Shown here one piece after another: positions 12,171 to 25,270 of a stretch of 53,627 nt of DNA. The DNA lies in NCBI RefSeq assembly GCF_001194135.2, contig NC_068983.1:70419346-70472972 (forward strand), given 5' to 3'. The notes under the pieces are model-generated. The model was not told the DNA's origin. It did not search any database and worked only from the letters and a program-made list of their open reading frames with translations. The stretch is from Octopus bimaculoides (Eukaryota). Every line of letters starts with the position of its first letter. Position 1 is the stretch's first letter. The translations under genes were made by a program, and so were the position numbers.

Positions 12171-14205
12171 TCTATATTGTTAAGGCATTAAAACAAGGAA
12201 GAAATAAACTATAAAGCTGGGCAGTTTCAAGTTAGTTCTCTCTCTTTTTTTGGTTTACTATTCAAATGAGTTGCCGGCAGAAGTTAACTACTTTGCTGCA
12301 TTCAAGGCTGTAGCTTTAACTTAGCCATACTTTCCAGATGTCACAATATTTGGTCATGTTAATTTCCTCTATTTGTCATGTTCTGTTTAACTACACAATA
12401 GTAACATAAATGATTGATATTGGATAAAGCACTCTAATGACTCTAATTCAGACCACATTAAATCCCTTTCAATTTGTCCCCTAACTTGGGTTATGTAAAC
12501 ACCACTGATGCCTGACATCATGTAGGATGTTTTGGCATCGCAGTGCCCATCTCTCACCAAGCTACATATCCATAAAAGGAGTTGAATTTAACTTTGCAAG
12601 GTAAGAAATGACCTGGTAAGAAATGTCAGTTTCATATCCTACCAATGTTTAAAGTAGTGAGTTGTCTTACCTATCATGTCTCATTTATTGCTACATAGAC
12701 TGGTCGCTTTGATAGTTAGGTGTCTTGACTGTGTGCTCAATTAGGTGCAGTTGTTAATTGGGTATGAACAGCTCATTTCATCGCTGAACGTCTGATACCC
12801 TGTCCACTTAGCCATGTGTGCTTACTACAAAAAAGAAAAAACAAAAAGCAAAAAAAAATATTCAAAATACTTTCTTGACCACGTAACAAACTTATTACTA
12901 AAACTTCTAATCTATGGATTGGTTGATTTTCAGTGAAATAAATAATTGTTAATTCTTCATAAATAAGTTTCTAAATCTATTTAATAATCAACTTTATCCT
13001 TGCCTGTGTAGCCCTACTGTAAATCATTAAATTTTCTTAATGTTTAAGCAATAGCTATCCTATCATAATTACTGGGCATGCAGTCTGAAGATATAGTACT
13101 TGCATATTTGTTCCCACTTTTAAAGATAGTATAAAGTTTGTTAAAGTATACTTGACTGCTAATATCATGGCAGATCAAGTTACTATGAAAAAATTTTCTT
13201 ATCCAGTTAAACTAAAAGTTACAAATTTTGAAAGAAAAACAATTTTTATGTTACATTTTTTTTGTATTTTGATAATAAAAAAATTGCTGACACTTTTGTA
13301 TATATATTCAGTGTCTTTCTACTCTATCTTGGAATAAATCCATAAGAAGCTATTAATATGAAATACATACTCTTTCAATAATCCAGTTAAATTTCTTAAT
13401 ATTTCCTATATATTTTTAATATTATTTTAGGTGTCTTTCGAAACATTTATAAAGATTTGGCTCTCAGCAAACAGTTCATATTCCTGACATTGTATTTTCT
13501 ATGTAATTTTTCCAGTCTTTATTGCAATTATTTTTTTCCAATCACATACATTCTCTCCATTTAGTAATATAAATTTCATTGCAAATCATCTATAAATAAT
13601 ATTTACTATGCCTTCAAACATTCATACATTTTAAATAAGGATTAAACATATTACAATTTTAAATAAGAATCATTTTTATAATATATTAAAAATAAAGAAA
13701 TGAAATAATGAAAAGACTATTTTTTTATAAAGCTTTGGGTTATGCACAAATATATAGCAGTTTCAGAATTTTAAAAGATTATTTAAAATGGAAATAAAAC
13801 TCTTCAGGGTTTTGGCAATATTTTATTTACTAAAATTAGATTCTAAATAGTCAGAATTAATTTACTCAGAGATTTAAATTCACCTTTCTCTCATGACAAA
13901 AGACAACATAAGCAGTATTTTCAGACTTTCTATTCATTTAACCTAAACATTCTTTAATTCACATATATTTTTATTATGCATATCTAGTAATTTATTTTCT
14001 ACATACTTAAATGTGATTTAATTTCATGTATTGTTTATGAACAAATACAATAAAAAGATTCTTTGTTCAAAATGCTTTGTGCTCAAAGTGCTTTGGAGTT
14101 TAGATTTTTCATTAAATTTCAGAATGATTGTATATTTTCATCTGTAAAATTAGACTGCTTGAGCATGGAACCCAAATTTCTATGTTATCCATATACATTA
14201 CTTAA

Positions 14206-14393
14206 CACTTAAGCATTTTCAGCCTCAATATCTTACCTGTTTTATGTTCAAACTGGCTTAATCTGACTTCTCATATCTACCCTACGATTTTATTCTTAAA
14301 ATAAGAAACTAATAATCAAAATCTTGAAACTGCGAGATAATGCATAATTAATTAAAAACCGTGTGAATAAATAAGCATTACATTTGTTTGAAT
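14206..14393 (+). mobile_element. Degraded copy of the piggyBac-type MITE at 46914-47132
   Basis: ttaa-cacttaagcatt start and shared gagataatgcat...gtgaataaataagcatta block; the right end is decayed. Confidence 0.5.
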
Positions 14394-15398
14394 GCAGCCT
14401 GTACATAGAGGCACAACACCAAATAACAGGCTTCCTTGCTTCCAGACTTAATGATCCCTTTTGCCAAATTGAAAGAAGTTATGAAATAGTAAGTCAGAAT
14501 AAATTTCTAGAAAATTACTGCTTTGTTAATAGTTTTTTGCTCCTAAACATTCCCTTGACATCTTTATTTCTACATTAGAAACATAAAACTTGAAACATTC
14601 ATCCAACTATAATAATATGGGGGTGCAAATGTTTAAAACAAAATTTAATACTATGAACTAACTTCCTTACCACTGGAACTCCACTCAAAATGTAGCCATG
14701 AAGGGTATATACTTACCTTTCATGTTGAGATGTTATATTACCCACAGTGAAGGTAAGAATCTATTAACTTGTTATTCACAGAGAGAGAGGGAGAAGGAGA
14801 GAGAGAGAGAGAGATTTTAGAGGGTGGTGAGCATTGGTGTTAGTTTTAAAAATTTGCATCTTTACATAATTACAGTTAGACATAGGGCATGTGTTTCTAC
14901 CTTCATTATATATTACTAATAGATTTTTTTTAATGAGGCACTTTTGGTAACAAAATCCTTGTTAATAATGATCATGGGAAATTTAATTATAATTGGATTA
15001 AAACATGAACGAGGCACTAGTTCATCAGTTGTCTGGAAATCAGAGGTATTCTTGTATGATGAAGGTAGTTTTCTATATATTTAGCACTAGATCAGTTTCA
15101 CATGAATGTAACGATTTGATTTAGGAAATGTTTCTATTTTCACCAAAACAAATCTATCTACTGCACTCTCTCTTCTGCTTACCAATCACATAAAACATAC
15201 CTCACTTTTGCTTTTCACTCTTTCTTTTATTTTTCACCTATTCCCATCTAAAAACAATCAAAAGAAAAACCTTCAAAGTTTTCCAAGAATTTTCTTTCAG
15301 TAAGTCTTTTCACTTGAAAAATTGTTGAATTTTAGAGTTTTCTTTTTTTTACAGTTTTGAAATTTTGAATATAAGTTTATCAACAGATTTATAAGCAT

Positions 15399-15453
<55 letters not shown>

Positions 15454-16233
15454 AGTTTTATAAAAAAAGTGACCGGAAGAAAATTAAAATATTTCTATTT
15501 AATTATAAAATATTGACCCTTTAACCAAATAAATTCACCACACCTTTTAAGACACTAAATTGTTAAATGTTGATTTACTACAAGAATGATATGCATCCCT
15601 GTCTCTGAACAGAAATGAAATCAGTTTAATAGTTTTCTTTTCAGCTTCTCTATTGTTTTACAAGGCATGGGGATAGATATTTCAGATTTATTGCATCTAA
15701 GTACATCAACAACACGTTTTTTAAATGTTTAACATTCATTTATCTATGCTTGGTTGGTTGGAAGGATTTATTTCTTGGAACAACTTTTTTGCAGCTGAAT
15801 GCTTTTCCTAGTGATAACTGCTCATCCACGTAACTTAAATCATTGATAACACACTGCATGTAAATCATTTTCTTCGTAATCGGAGTAGATTCTTTATTTT
15901 TAGCATTGCAGTTTTTACATCATTGATTGGTCAAGCCTATAAATGCCAAATATTTTATAAAGTGTTATTGGTGTACATTTAAAGAGTGTTTTAAATTTAG
16001 GCTAAACTAGCAAGACATGCCATTTAGTTTAAAAACATAAATATTCTTTACATCACACTTTGCATTATGATTCTCAGAACCATCAGCAACAATACCTGTT
16101 TATTTGTTTGTATGTGTCCATGCATGAGAAAGACTTTTGTTGTTGATCAGGATTAATATTCCTGAGTTATTTTATTGACTATATATTTACAACTCTATAT
16201 TCTGATTATCTATTTATTGATTCACAAGGAATG

Positions 16234-16235
<2 letters not shown>

Positions 16236-16303
<68 letters not shown>
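16236..16303. repeat. (ATT)n microsatellite abutting the 5' end of the RLE LINE
   Basis: Pure trinucleotide run read directly. Confidence 0.97.
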
Positions 16304-16304
<1 letters not shown>

Positions 16305-16314
16305 TTCAAACTCA

Positions 16315-17590
16315 ATCCAGCTATGAATGAATACCTGGAAATACTTGAGGCAGATGGAATCAAACACAGTGACATGAAGGAAAAGATAAAAAGGGAGTAC
16401 CTGCAGCAAGTGAGAAAAATATTGGCTTCAAAGCTCAATGCCAGGAACATAATTTCAGCAATAGTAGTTCGGTATGGCACTAGAATCCTGAAGTGAACTG
16501 AGGAGGAACTAAAGGAGGTGGACAGGAAGTCAAGAAAGCTTCTAATGATGCATGGAGCCCATCATCCAAGTGTGGACACTGATTGCATATACACGAAGAG
16601 AGCAAATGGAGGAAGAGGACTAAGTGTGGAAGACTGCATGCATATCAAACTTGAGAGCTTAATGAGATGCCCAGCCCAAAGTAAGGAAACCTTGCTAGTG
16701 AAAGTTAGAAATGAGGGAGTATTGAAAGCAGAGAAAGAAGGAAAAACAAAGGAAGAAGTGCAAAAAGGACATGAAGGAGAATTATGCAAGAAGGGACTAC
16801 ACAATCAATTCCATGCAGCCACAACAGAAGTTGCTAGAAAAAATAGGTGGGATTGGCTGATGAAGGCAACACTAAAAAAAGAGACTGAGAGCACTATACT
16901 AGCAGTGCAAGAATAAACCTGGGCCATGAACTTGAAGGTCAACCTTAGGAATGAGCAAGTGTCTCTGCTGTGTTGCATCTGCAATAGAGTGGATGAAACC
17001 ATTGCCCATATCACGAATGAATGCCCTACACTTGCCCATAACCACTACAAGTTGTGGTGACATGATGAGGTAGGGAAAGTACTACATTGGAAACTGTGTG
17101 AAAAGTGGGGTCTAGAGAGGGGCAAGACGTGGTATGAACACAAGCTGCAGAGAGTGGCAGAGAAAGAGACTAGCAAAATACTCTGGGATTTCCCAATCCA
17201 AACAGATCAGGTGCTAGAGCATAACAGACTAGACCCACATACGCTATATAGCTGATGTTGCATGCATTTTTAACCCATGAATAGTCAAGAAGGCGGGTGA
17301 AAAGATAGATAAATATAACACTCATAAGTACGAAATAGCCTGACTACAGAAAATGAAGGAGGTGAAGATAGTGCCAAATATTGTTGGATCCTTGGGAACA
17401 ATATCGAAAGGCATCAAGGGGAATATAACGGAAATTGGAATAGAGCGCCTAATAGAACTATTACAAAAGGTTTGCCTCCTTGGCATGATCAGAATAATCA
17501 GGAAAGTATTAGATAGTCGAAAAGAATTAATAGCATGATCTGTAGGCTGCAGATAGCACAGGAGCTCCAACAAATCCTGTGATAAAGAGA
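16315..17590 (+). mobile_element. 5'-truncated, inactivated R4/Dong-like RLE non-LTR retrotransposon (RT end, thumb, CCHC knuckle, restriction-like endonuclease, 3' UTR, (AAT)n tail)
   Basis: Translated fragments YLEILEADGIKH, DRKSRKLLMMHGAHHP..D..YTKRANGGRGL, CCICNRVDETIAHITNEC, KILWDFPIQTDQVLEHNRLD, DVAC and IVGSLG...LLQKVCLLG. Multiple stops and frameshifts. Confidence 0.9.
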
Positions 17591-17608
17591 AATAATAATA
17601 ATAATGAT

Positions 17609-17639
<31 letters not shown>

Positions 17640-17656
17640 GTTTAACGTCCACTTTC

Positions 17657-18455
17657 NNNNNNNNNNNNNNNNNNNNNNNNNNNNNNNNNNNNNNNNNNNN
17701 NNNNNNNNNNNNNNNNNNNNNNNNNNNNNNNNNNNNNNNNNNNNNNNNNNNNNNNNNNNNNNNNNNNNNNNNNNNNNNNNNNNNNNNNNNNNNNNNNNNN
17801 NNNNNNNNNNNNNNNNNNNNNNNNNNNNNNNNNNNNNNNNNNNNNNNNNNNNNNNNNNNNNNNNNNNNNNNNNNNNNNNNNNNNNNNNNNNNNNNNNNNN
17901 NNNNNNNNNNNNNNNNNNNNNNNNNNNNNNNNNNNNNNNNNNNNNNNNNNNNNNNNNNNNNNNNNNNNNNNNNNNNNNNNNNNNNNNNNNNNNNNNNNNN
18001 NNNNNNNNNNNNNNNNNNNNNNNNNNNNNNNNNNNNNNNNNNNNNNNNNNNNNNNNNNNNNNNNNNNNNNNNNNNNNNNNNNNNNNNNNNNNNNNNNNNN
18101 NNNNNNNNNNNNNNNNNNNNNNNNNNNNNNNNNNNNNNNNNNNNNNNNNNNNNNNNNNNNNNNNNNNNNNNNNNNNNNNNNNNNNNNNNNNNNNNNNNNN
18201 NNNNNNNNNNNNNNNNNNNNNNNNNNNNNNNNNNNNNNNNNNNNNNNNNNNNNNNNNNNNNNNNNNNNNNNNNNNNNNNNNNNNNNNNNNNNNNNNNNNN
18301 NNNNNNNNNNNNNNNNNNNNNNNNNNNNNNNNNNNNNNNNNNNNNNNNNNNNNNNNNNNNNNNNNNNNNNNNNNNNNNNNNNNNNNNNNNNNNNNNNNNN
18401 NNNNNNNNNNNNNNNNNNNNNNNNNNNNNNNNNNNNNNNNNNNNNNNNNNNNNNN
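17657..18455. other. Assembly gap (N run); other gaps at 44396-45004, 48131-48409, 49590-49989 and 50765-51011
   Basis: N characters. Most gaps abut microsatellites or young repeats. Confidence 1.
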
Positions 18456-18529
18456 TTACACTCTGACGGGTATTCACATTGACATTACACATCCAACAGA
18501 GCATAATAATAATGATAATAATAATAATA

Positions 18530-18590
18530 CTACACAGAGCTGCGCTCGGTAGTGAAGTGAAAGCACGTTATAAAAATAAAACTACTGAAC
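18530..18590 (+). mobile_element. Short retroelement 3'-end fragment flanked by (AAT)n on both sides
   Basis: ctacacagagctgcgctcggtagtgaagtgaaagcacgttataaaaataaaactactgaa between two same-strand AAT arrays. Assignment to an RLE 3' UTR is from recall. Confidence 0.5.
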
Positions 18591-18619
18591 AATAATAATA
18601 ATAAGAAGAAGAAGAAGAA

Positions 18620-19135
18620 ATAATAGTGCCCTAATACTGTACCAGACAGTTGCTTGCATGGCTTTTGATCTTAGCTGACTGGAAATGCTATCATGTACAT
18701 TGTTTTGTCTTGTATATAAAATGGCCTACATCTGAATACCAGAGATTTGCTTGTCAGTTGTTTGACCCTACCCAACGGAGCATGTCCCTTAGAGGCTGAC
18801 AATATGTGCATCTCTGATCACGAGCTGAAGTAGTAGGAGAGCATCATTGTCATGTGTTGAGAGGAATTCTTTGGAGTTTGGATAATTCACCTCTGGAAAC
18901 ATGGGTGTTTTGTTCAACATCCTTAAACAACCCTTATTCAGGGACCTTTTGAGTGGGATGAGCTACTCAACCTGAAGAAATTCTAACTGGGTCCCACATA
19001 CAAGGTCATGCACTGTTAATCTTGATATGAGATCACCATTTCACATGTATATGGTTGTGATGCGTGGGCTTCATATATTTTACCCCATGTCACTTTGATG
19101 GCAGGCACTGCTCTCTCACTCAATAATAATAATAA
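18620..19135 (+). mobile_element. About 500-bp interspersed element ending in (AAT)n
   Basis: Partial second copy at about 39405-39570 shares cagatttgcttgtca...gctgacaatatgt.catctctgatcacgag. Confidence 0.65.
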
Positions 19136-19610
19136 TCATGAAAATAATGGTCATTCCCATCGATTTTGAGGTATGAGTGAAGGAGAGGATTTAAAAAAAA
19201 AAAAGTGATAAAAAAAAACTTTAAAAAGAAAAGGATAAAAGAAGCTGCATCTATTTACAATAGATGTGTGAATGTAATTTGAGTTCAGGTATGGGTTTTG
19301 CTATGAAGTCACACTGGAGACACTGATGATTTGGATTTTGCCTGAGATTGGGCAGTTGTGTCTGTTGATTGCAGGATATAATTCTTTTATAATAATAGTA
19401 TTAATGATAATGTTCTGTCTTTTATAAATAAACCTCTTTTTTTTTTAAACTTCCAATTCTTAGATTTTTTTCCTTCTCAGTTTACCCTCATTGGTAACTC
19501 TGTTGTTTTTGCTATTTGCAGAGCAGGAAACGCTTGGAGATCAGGAAGTCTTGACTGTATGTTGCTGTTTAGGTACTGGAACAGCTGCTGTTTACTCTCT
19601 CACACACCTT

Positions 19611-19621
19611 GCCGCCATTTT
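19611..19621 (-). promoter_or_regulatory. YY1-type GCCGCCATTTT motif, reading aaaATGGCGGC on the minus strand; possible start context
   Basis: Exact motif in a short CpG-containing island between long A/T tracts. Function is inferred only. Confidence 0.25.
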
Positions 19622-20272
19622 CACTTGTATCTGTTTAGTCTCAACACCAAACAACTGTGAACGCCTTTTGTTGGTTATTTATTATTATTTTTTTTTTACA
19701 TATCTTTCATCTTATTTATTATCTCTTTCCAATTTCAACTATTTTTTTACAAATTCTAAGTTATTTATCTTATTCTTTATTGCAATCTATTTAATTTTTT
19801 TAAGAAATAAAATAGTAAAAAAAAAAATATAAAAAAAAGAGAAAGAAAAATATGAATAAAACTCATTATCGTTTCTACTGGCTCTAATTCTCAAAAAAAA
19901 AAGAAAAAAAAAGAAAAGAAAAATGCAACCATAACAACATCAACAACCAATAAAGTACCAGTAATGATTAGTAACAACAATGTTGATGATGAGGAAGATA
20001 ATGATGAAGATAACATAATGACATAAAAACAAAATTACAACAGCAACAACAAAAACAACAGTACTACTAATAATCCTTTCTTACATAGGCACAATATCAC
20101 CAAACTATCAGGAAAAATGGGAGATTATGATATGCCTTTTGCAAATTCATGGTTGATGTACAATAAATGTTTTAAGTGATTATCTAAAGACATTATTATT
20201 ATTAATATTATTATTATTAGAAACTTGTTTTTATAATGCCCATTATCTCTTGCCATTATGGCAATAATAGCA

Positions 20273-20324
<52 letters not shown>

Positions 20325-20885
20325 GATAATACAATGCTGTAAAGGAAAGAGGGTACTTTGAAGTTGAGAAGCATTATATGTTTATTTTTGTTGCTTTCTT
20401 CTCTATTCTTCATTTTTTTCTCTTCTTAACTTTTGCATTATTATTTATTATCTTTCCATAGTTGCATGGATGGGATGGTTTCTTAGAGCAGTTGCTAATC
20501 ACTTAAATATAGAAGTAAGTAATATAACCAGTTTTGTCATCAGTTAGATGAACTGAAGCAAGTGAGTTAGTTGTTTTGCTCAGTGATGCAGTATAAGGGC
20601 TGTAACATGATCTGAACATATAACCAATATATAATCAGGCACCTTCACAGCCATCACAACTACTACTACTACTACTACTACTACCAATAATAATAATAAT
20701 AATAATAATAATGATAATAATAATAATGTTATCTCTAGCTTGACAAGAATAATATATTTTTAAATTGTCATTACAATTTTTGTTATCTTTTCCTTGTTTT
20801 GCCAATTTAATTGTAATTCCAATTTTATCAATTGGAACAGAAGTTAGCAGTTATATTTATTCTGAACGATTTATTTCTGTGTATG

Positions 20886-20945
<60 letters not shown>

Positions 20946-20992
20946 ATATATATATATCTATAATATACATACATGTAACATATATATATATA

Positions 20993-21027
<35 letters not shown>

Positions 21028-21115
21028 CATACACATACATGTAATATATATATGTTTATAAACAAATCACAGAATACTCAATACATGATGTAGAGTGTGC
21101 ATTTACAAGAGTCAC

Positions 21116-21154
21116 CTGATGATTCATTTTCATGTTACTCAGAGTTTCACAATG
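21116..21154 (-). CDS. Weak candidate exon (39 nt, phase 0->0): HCETLSNMKMNHQ
   Basis: T-rich tract then ccag| acceptor; donor CAG|GTGACT; open frame. Confidence 0.25.
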
Positions 21155-22424
21155 CTGGTTGAATGCATGTAGCAAAATAAAAAAAACTCTCGATAACAAC
21201 AGAAGGAATTATCTCCTGAACTCCTCTGTATACGTAAGTGTTTAAGGCATATTTGGATATATGCAAGTAAGAATGCTAAAATTGTTAATAAATATTGGTT
21301 TATTAATAGAAGGGAGTTTTTCCCCTAAAACGTTTCAGTCATATGAAGAAAGAAAAAAAATCATTCTAGTAATGTTTTTTTTTCCTAGTTATTTTATTTT
21401 TATCTATTTTGTTTTGAAAGATTTATATTTTTTAATGTCATAATGACCACCAAAGGTCTTTCTAAATTATTGTTTTTTGTTTTGATTTGAATACCTTGAA
21501 TTTATTAAAAAAAAAAACATTTATGTAAACTGTTAGATTGTTGCATATTTTTCATCCCTCCAGTCTAGAGAATTATCTTCTAAAATATTTCATTTTGTTA
21601 TTGTTTTTGCCATAAAAAATAAATTGTTACAGAATAATACATTGCTACTAATTTTATGAATTATTTCCAATAACTAAATATGAAATCCAATTTTTAATCA
21701 TGTTCTTGTTTATAAATGTCAAAATACCTTGAAGCAGGATAAAAAAATACATCTTAGTCTTGCTGAAAAAGAATACTCTCCCAATATTTTCTGTTTTTTT
21801 TTAATTATTATTTTTATAATGAGTTATTTATATTTTTATTTCCTAGTTACAAAGAACAAGATTGTTTTAGATATTTAATGATAACATTAAAATGATTCCT
21901 TGACGTTTCCATAAAACTTAAAAGGTCAAAATAAAGCCTAACTTTTTCCTCACAAGTGTGTTGAATGAATAAAAAGATATTAATTTATTGAAAATGTTAA
22001 ATGGTTTTATAGAAGATGATGAAAATGAATGATTCTGTTATTGGGCTCAAGGAATTTTATTTCATATTTCAAGAAATCTGAAAATATTTTCTCTGATTGC
22101 AGAAACTATTATATGTACAAATAAAATTTTAAAAATAATAAATTGCCCCCTCTCCCTAGTTCTTATTGGTACTAAATTATATTATCCTATACACATACTT
22201 ATATCATATAGATATATATTATATTTATATCTTGGCATATTTCATATAGTATCCCTAGACATTTTTTACATTAATGAACATACTGTCTATAAAGAAGATT
22301 GACTTTCAAAATATACAAATACATAGAGCCAGATTTCCTCCAAAATAGCTTTGTGAAAATAAATGTATTTGTAAATACATACATATTCATACACAATGCT
22401 GCATACATATGTGTATATGTGTGT

Positions 22425-22462
<38 letters not shown>

Positions 22463-23251
22463 GATATATATAATTTTTTAAAGTATTTTAAAATTTACCA
22501 GGTAATCAGGTAATATTACTGGCAAGAAAATATAAGCAATCTTGCTAGTTTTTAGAATTGGAAAAATGCAAAATCAAACATAAAATATGGTTTTGTACAT
22601 AAGCATAAAATTGTTCCTGCTTTTACTCAGTCTTCTCTAGCAACCACTGTATCCTGATCAGGGTTGTGATTATAGGAAACGGATCAGGATAGATTAGAAT
22701 CATGTAGGCTGCCCTTTATTACTATTTATCATGTAGTATATCTATTGCTATCCTGCCTTTAGATGCTTGACTTGTGAATACTAAATGCAAAAAAAAGTAT
22801 GAGAAAAGAAATATGTATTATTGTAGCAATAACAATAATGATATCAATAAAATTATAAATTATAATGATGAAAATATTTCTCCATATGAAAATATATATC
22901 TCTTAATATACACAAGAATTGTTGACAGAACCTACATTCTTATCTACCAACCTAAACAAACAAACAAACACACACACATACACACGCACACACACACACA
23001 TTCACACTCACATACATATATACACACATGCACACACACACACATACACACACACATATGCACATATATATAGTTTCCCAGCAGTTTTAATGAAAAGAAC
23101 ATTTAATAACTGTGATAAAATGGATGATATTTAGCTCTGATAGTATCACAGCATCAACTACACACATACACACATACATATTGGGGCTGATAATCATTTT
23201 TTTAAAACGAAAGCAGTGCAACTTAAAAATACAGTCTGATGGTTAGTACTG

Positions 23252-23366
23252 TTACCTAGTATTTCAATATTTTAGGGTTAGGACACCGTCTTCAGGAAAT
23301 TTACTTTTTATCCACAAATTTCCTGAAGAAGCAGTCCTAATTTTGAAATATTGAAATAACAGGTAA
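23252..23366. ncRNA. Inverted pair of degenerate minimal hammerhead-like motifs (PLE pLTR type)
   Basis: About 50-bp imperfect arms around a 13-nt spacer. Right arm ATTTC-CTGAAGA-...-GAAA-TAT-T-GAAAT has a 5-bp stem I and a palindromic ATAT stem III; the left arm is the same motif on the minus strand with GAAA decayed. Confidence 0.45.
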
Positions 23367-23481
23367 TGCTAACCAGCGATCTGTATTTTTAAATTTTAAC
23401 TTGCATTGTTTTACCTTTAGAAAAAACATTTAAAACATCTATATATATTTGAGACAATGTTTCAGGAAAACTATATTACAT

Positions 23482-23526
<45 letters not shown>

Positions 23527-24074
23527 CATACACATGTGTGTGTATGTGTTACTGAAAGAGGTACAACACATGAAGTTGAGGATCTACCAAACTAATTATG
23601 CATTTCTATATTTTGTGCACACATAATTTTAATCTGCATCTGGTAATAGAGCCCTGGTACAGGAGTTCTGGGTTTTGAAGAGTGTTGAACCACCTCTCCA
23701 CTACTATTGTTCACATGCCTTCTCTGACCTGGAGTAATAGCACCTGTTAGGGTCCTAGCTATGGGTTAACTAGTATGTGAGCCCCTGGGAGTGAAGAGCC
23801 CCTAGTTCTCATTAGAACTTCCTCTTAAGAGAAAGTTAACTCATAAAAAATCCTGGAGTGCAGTCAGTTACTAGTCATCTCAGCCTCTGTTGTGTCATTG
23901 GTGCTATAGCTGACTGTGTTGAAAAGCGAGTTCAGTGCTACGCAACACTTTATCCACTCAAAACAAATTAACGCACAGGAACTTCTGACATGGACTATTT
24001 GCATGAACTTACTGAGTTTAGGAAGTGGTCTTACTTGGTCATGAGTTGACTTTCACCATATATGGACACATATG

Positions 24075-24124
<50 letters not shown>

Positions 24125-24130
24125 TTTGAT

Positions 24131-25270
24131 CATCATCATCATTCAACATCCATTTTTCATATTGGCATGGAATGGATGCTTTGATGGGAGCTGGTAGGGT
24201 TGTAGACCACACCAGGCTCCATAGTCTGTTTTGGTATGGTTTCTATGGCTGGATGCCCTTCCTAACACAAGCTACTGTGTAAATTGTACTGGGTGCTTTT
24301 TACATGGCACCAGTACCTGTGCTTTTTTATGTGGCACCTCCACCAGTGCTTTTTATGTGGCATCAGCACTGATAGTGTCACTGAGTAACTTGCAAGGCAA
24401 AACCCTCTTCAGCTGGGGTGGGGAGTAGTAGTGGGCAGGGTGACTTTGTGCCTGTGGATGAGAAATTAGCAGTGGTATAGAGGAACAAAGGTAGGTGTCC
24501 TACAGCAGTGCATACTGCATTCCTCTCTAGCCTTCACATATGCTCTGCATTCAGGGACTGCATCTCACTACCATTTAGCATTGATGTTTGTATACATACT
24601 TCATACATTCTTCCTTTCACTTGGAGAGACAGACCTTTGGTTGCCAACAGAAGTAAAAGCTCTCTGAATTTTCTTCATCTTATACTTATTATACTCTCTG
24701 TACATCCTTCCCCACTATTAATTTGGTCCCCTAGATAGCAGAAATAATCTACGACCTCTAAAGAGCATTTGAGAGAATTAATTTCCCAAGTATCTGTAGT
24801 TTTTATGGCTCCTCTGCATCTTCCATATACAGGCACTACTTCCTTTGTTAACCTTCCTGTTATTCCACTGCACCTCTTGTGTGTACATAGCTTGCCCTTG
24901 CCTTTCCTACATATTGTAGGGCCATTTACCTGATAGGGTAGGACCCTGCTCATTTTATTGCTTAGTAGAACCTTAGTCTTTGCTAAGTTAACATTTAGGC
25001 CCTTCAATTCTAGGTTTTGCTTCCACACCTCGAATTTTTTTTCTAAGTTTGTTTCAGAATCTGCTATGAGAGCCTGGTGGACAATGATGACTAGAAGACA
25101 GACAACTGAACTCTGATGAACACCTGCATGTGCACGAAATTCATCGCTATACTCATGGTTAACTCTCACCTTACTGACAGAACCTCTGTACATGGCTTGT
25201 ACAGCTTTCACAAGCCACTCATCAACCTCTAGCTTCCTCAGAGTCCACCATATTGCACAGCAAGGTACTC
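24131..25270 (-). mobile_element. 5'-truncated, internally deleted RTE-clade LINE (RT fragment, 3' UTR, (GAT)n tail)
   Basis: Translation WWTLRKLEVDEWLVKAVQAMY..GVHQSS..LKGLNVNLAKTKVL..LEVVDYFCYLGD; 3' UTR matches the other RTE tails. Confidence 0.9.

Noticed and set aside
14717-14760. 44-nt minus-strand exon candidate ILTFTVGNITSQHE with perfect donor
   Set aside because: Poor acceptor, and phase 0->2 does not join the next good exon.
17579-18504. Long ORFs of 100-400 aa containing X runs (also near 44-45, 48, 49.5-50.2 and 50.6-51.1 kb)
   Set aside because: Artefacts of N gaps.
22650-22691. 10-bp inverted repeat tatcctgatc/gatcaggata
   Set aside because: Short arms are expected by chance; no other support.
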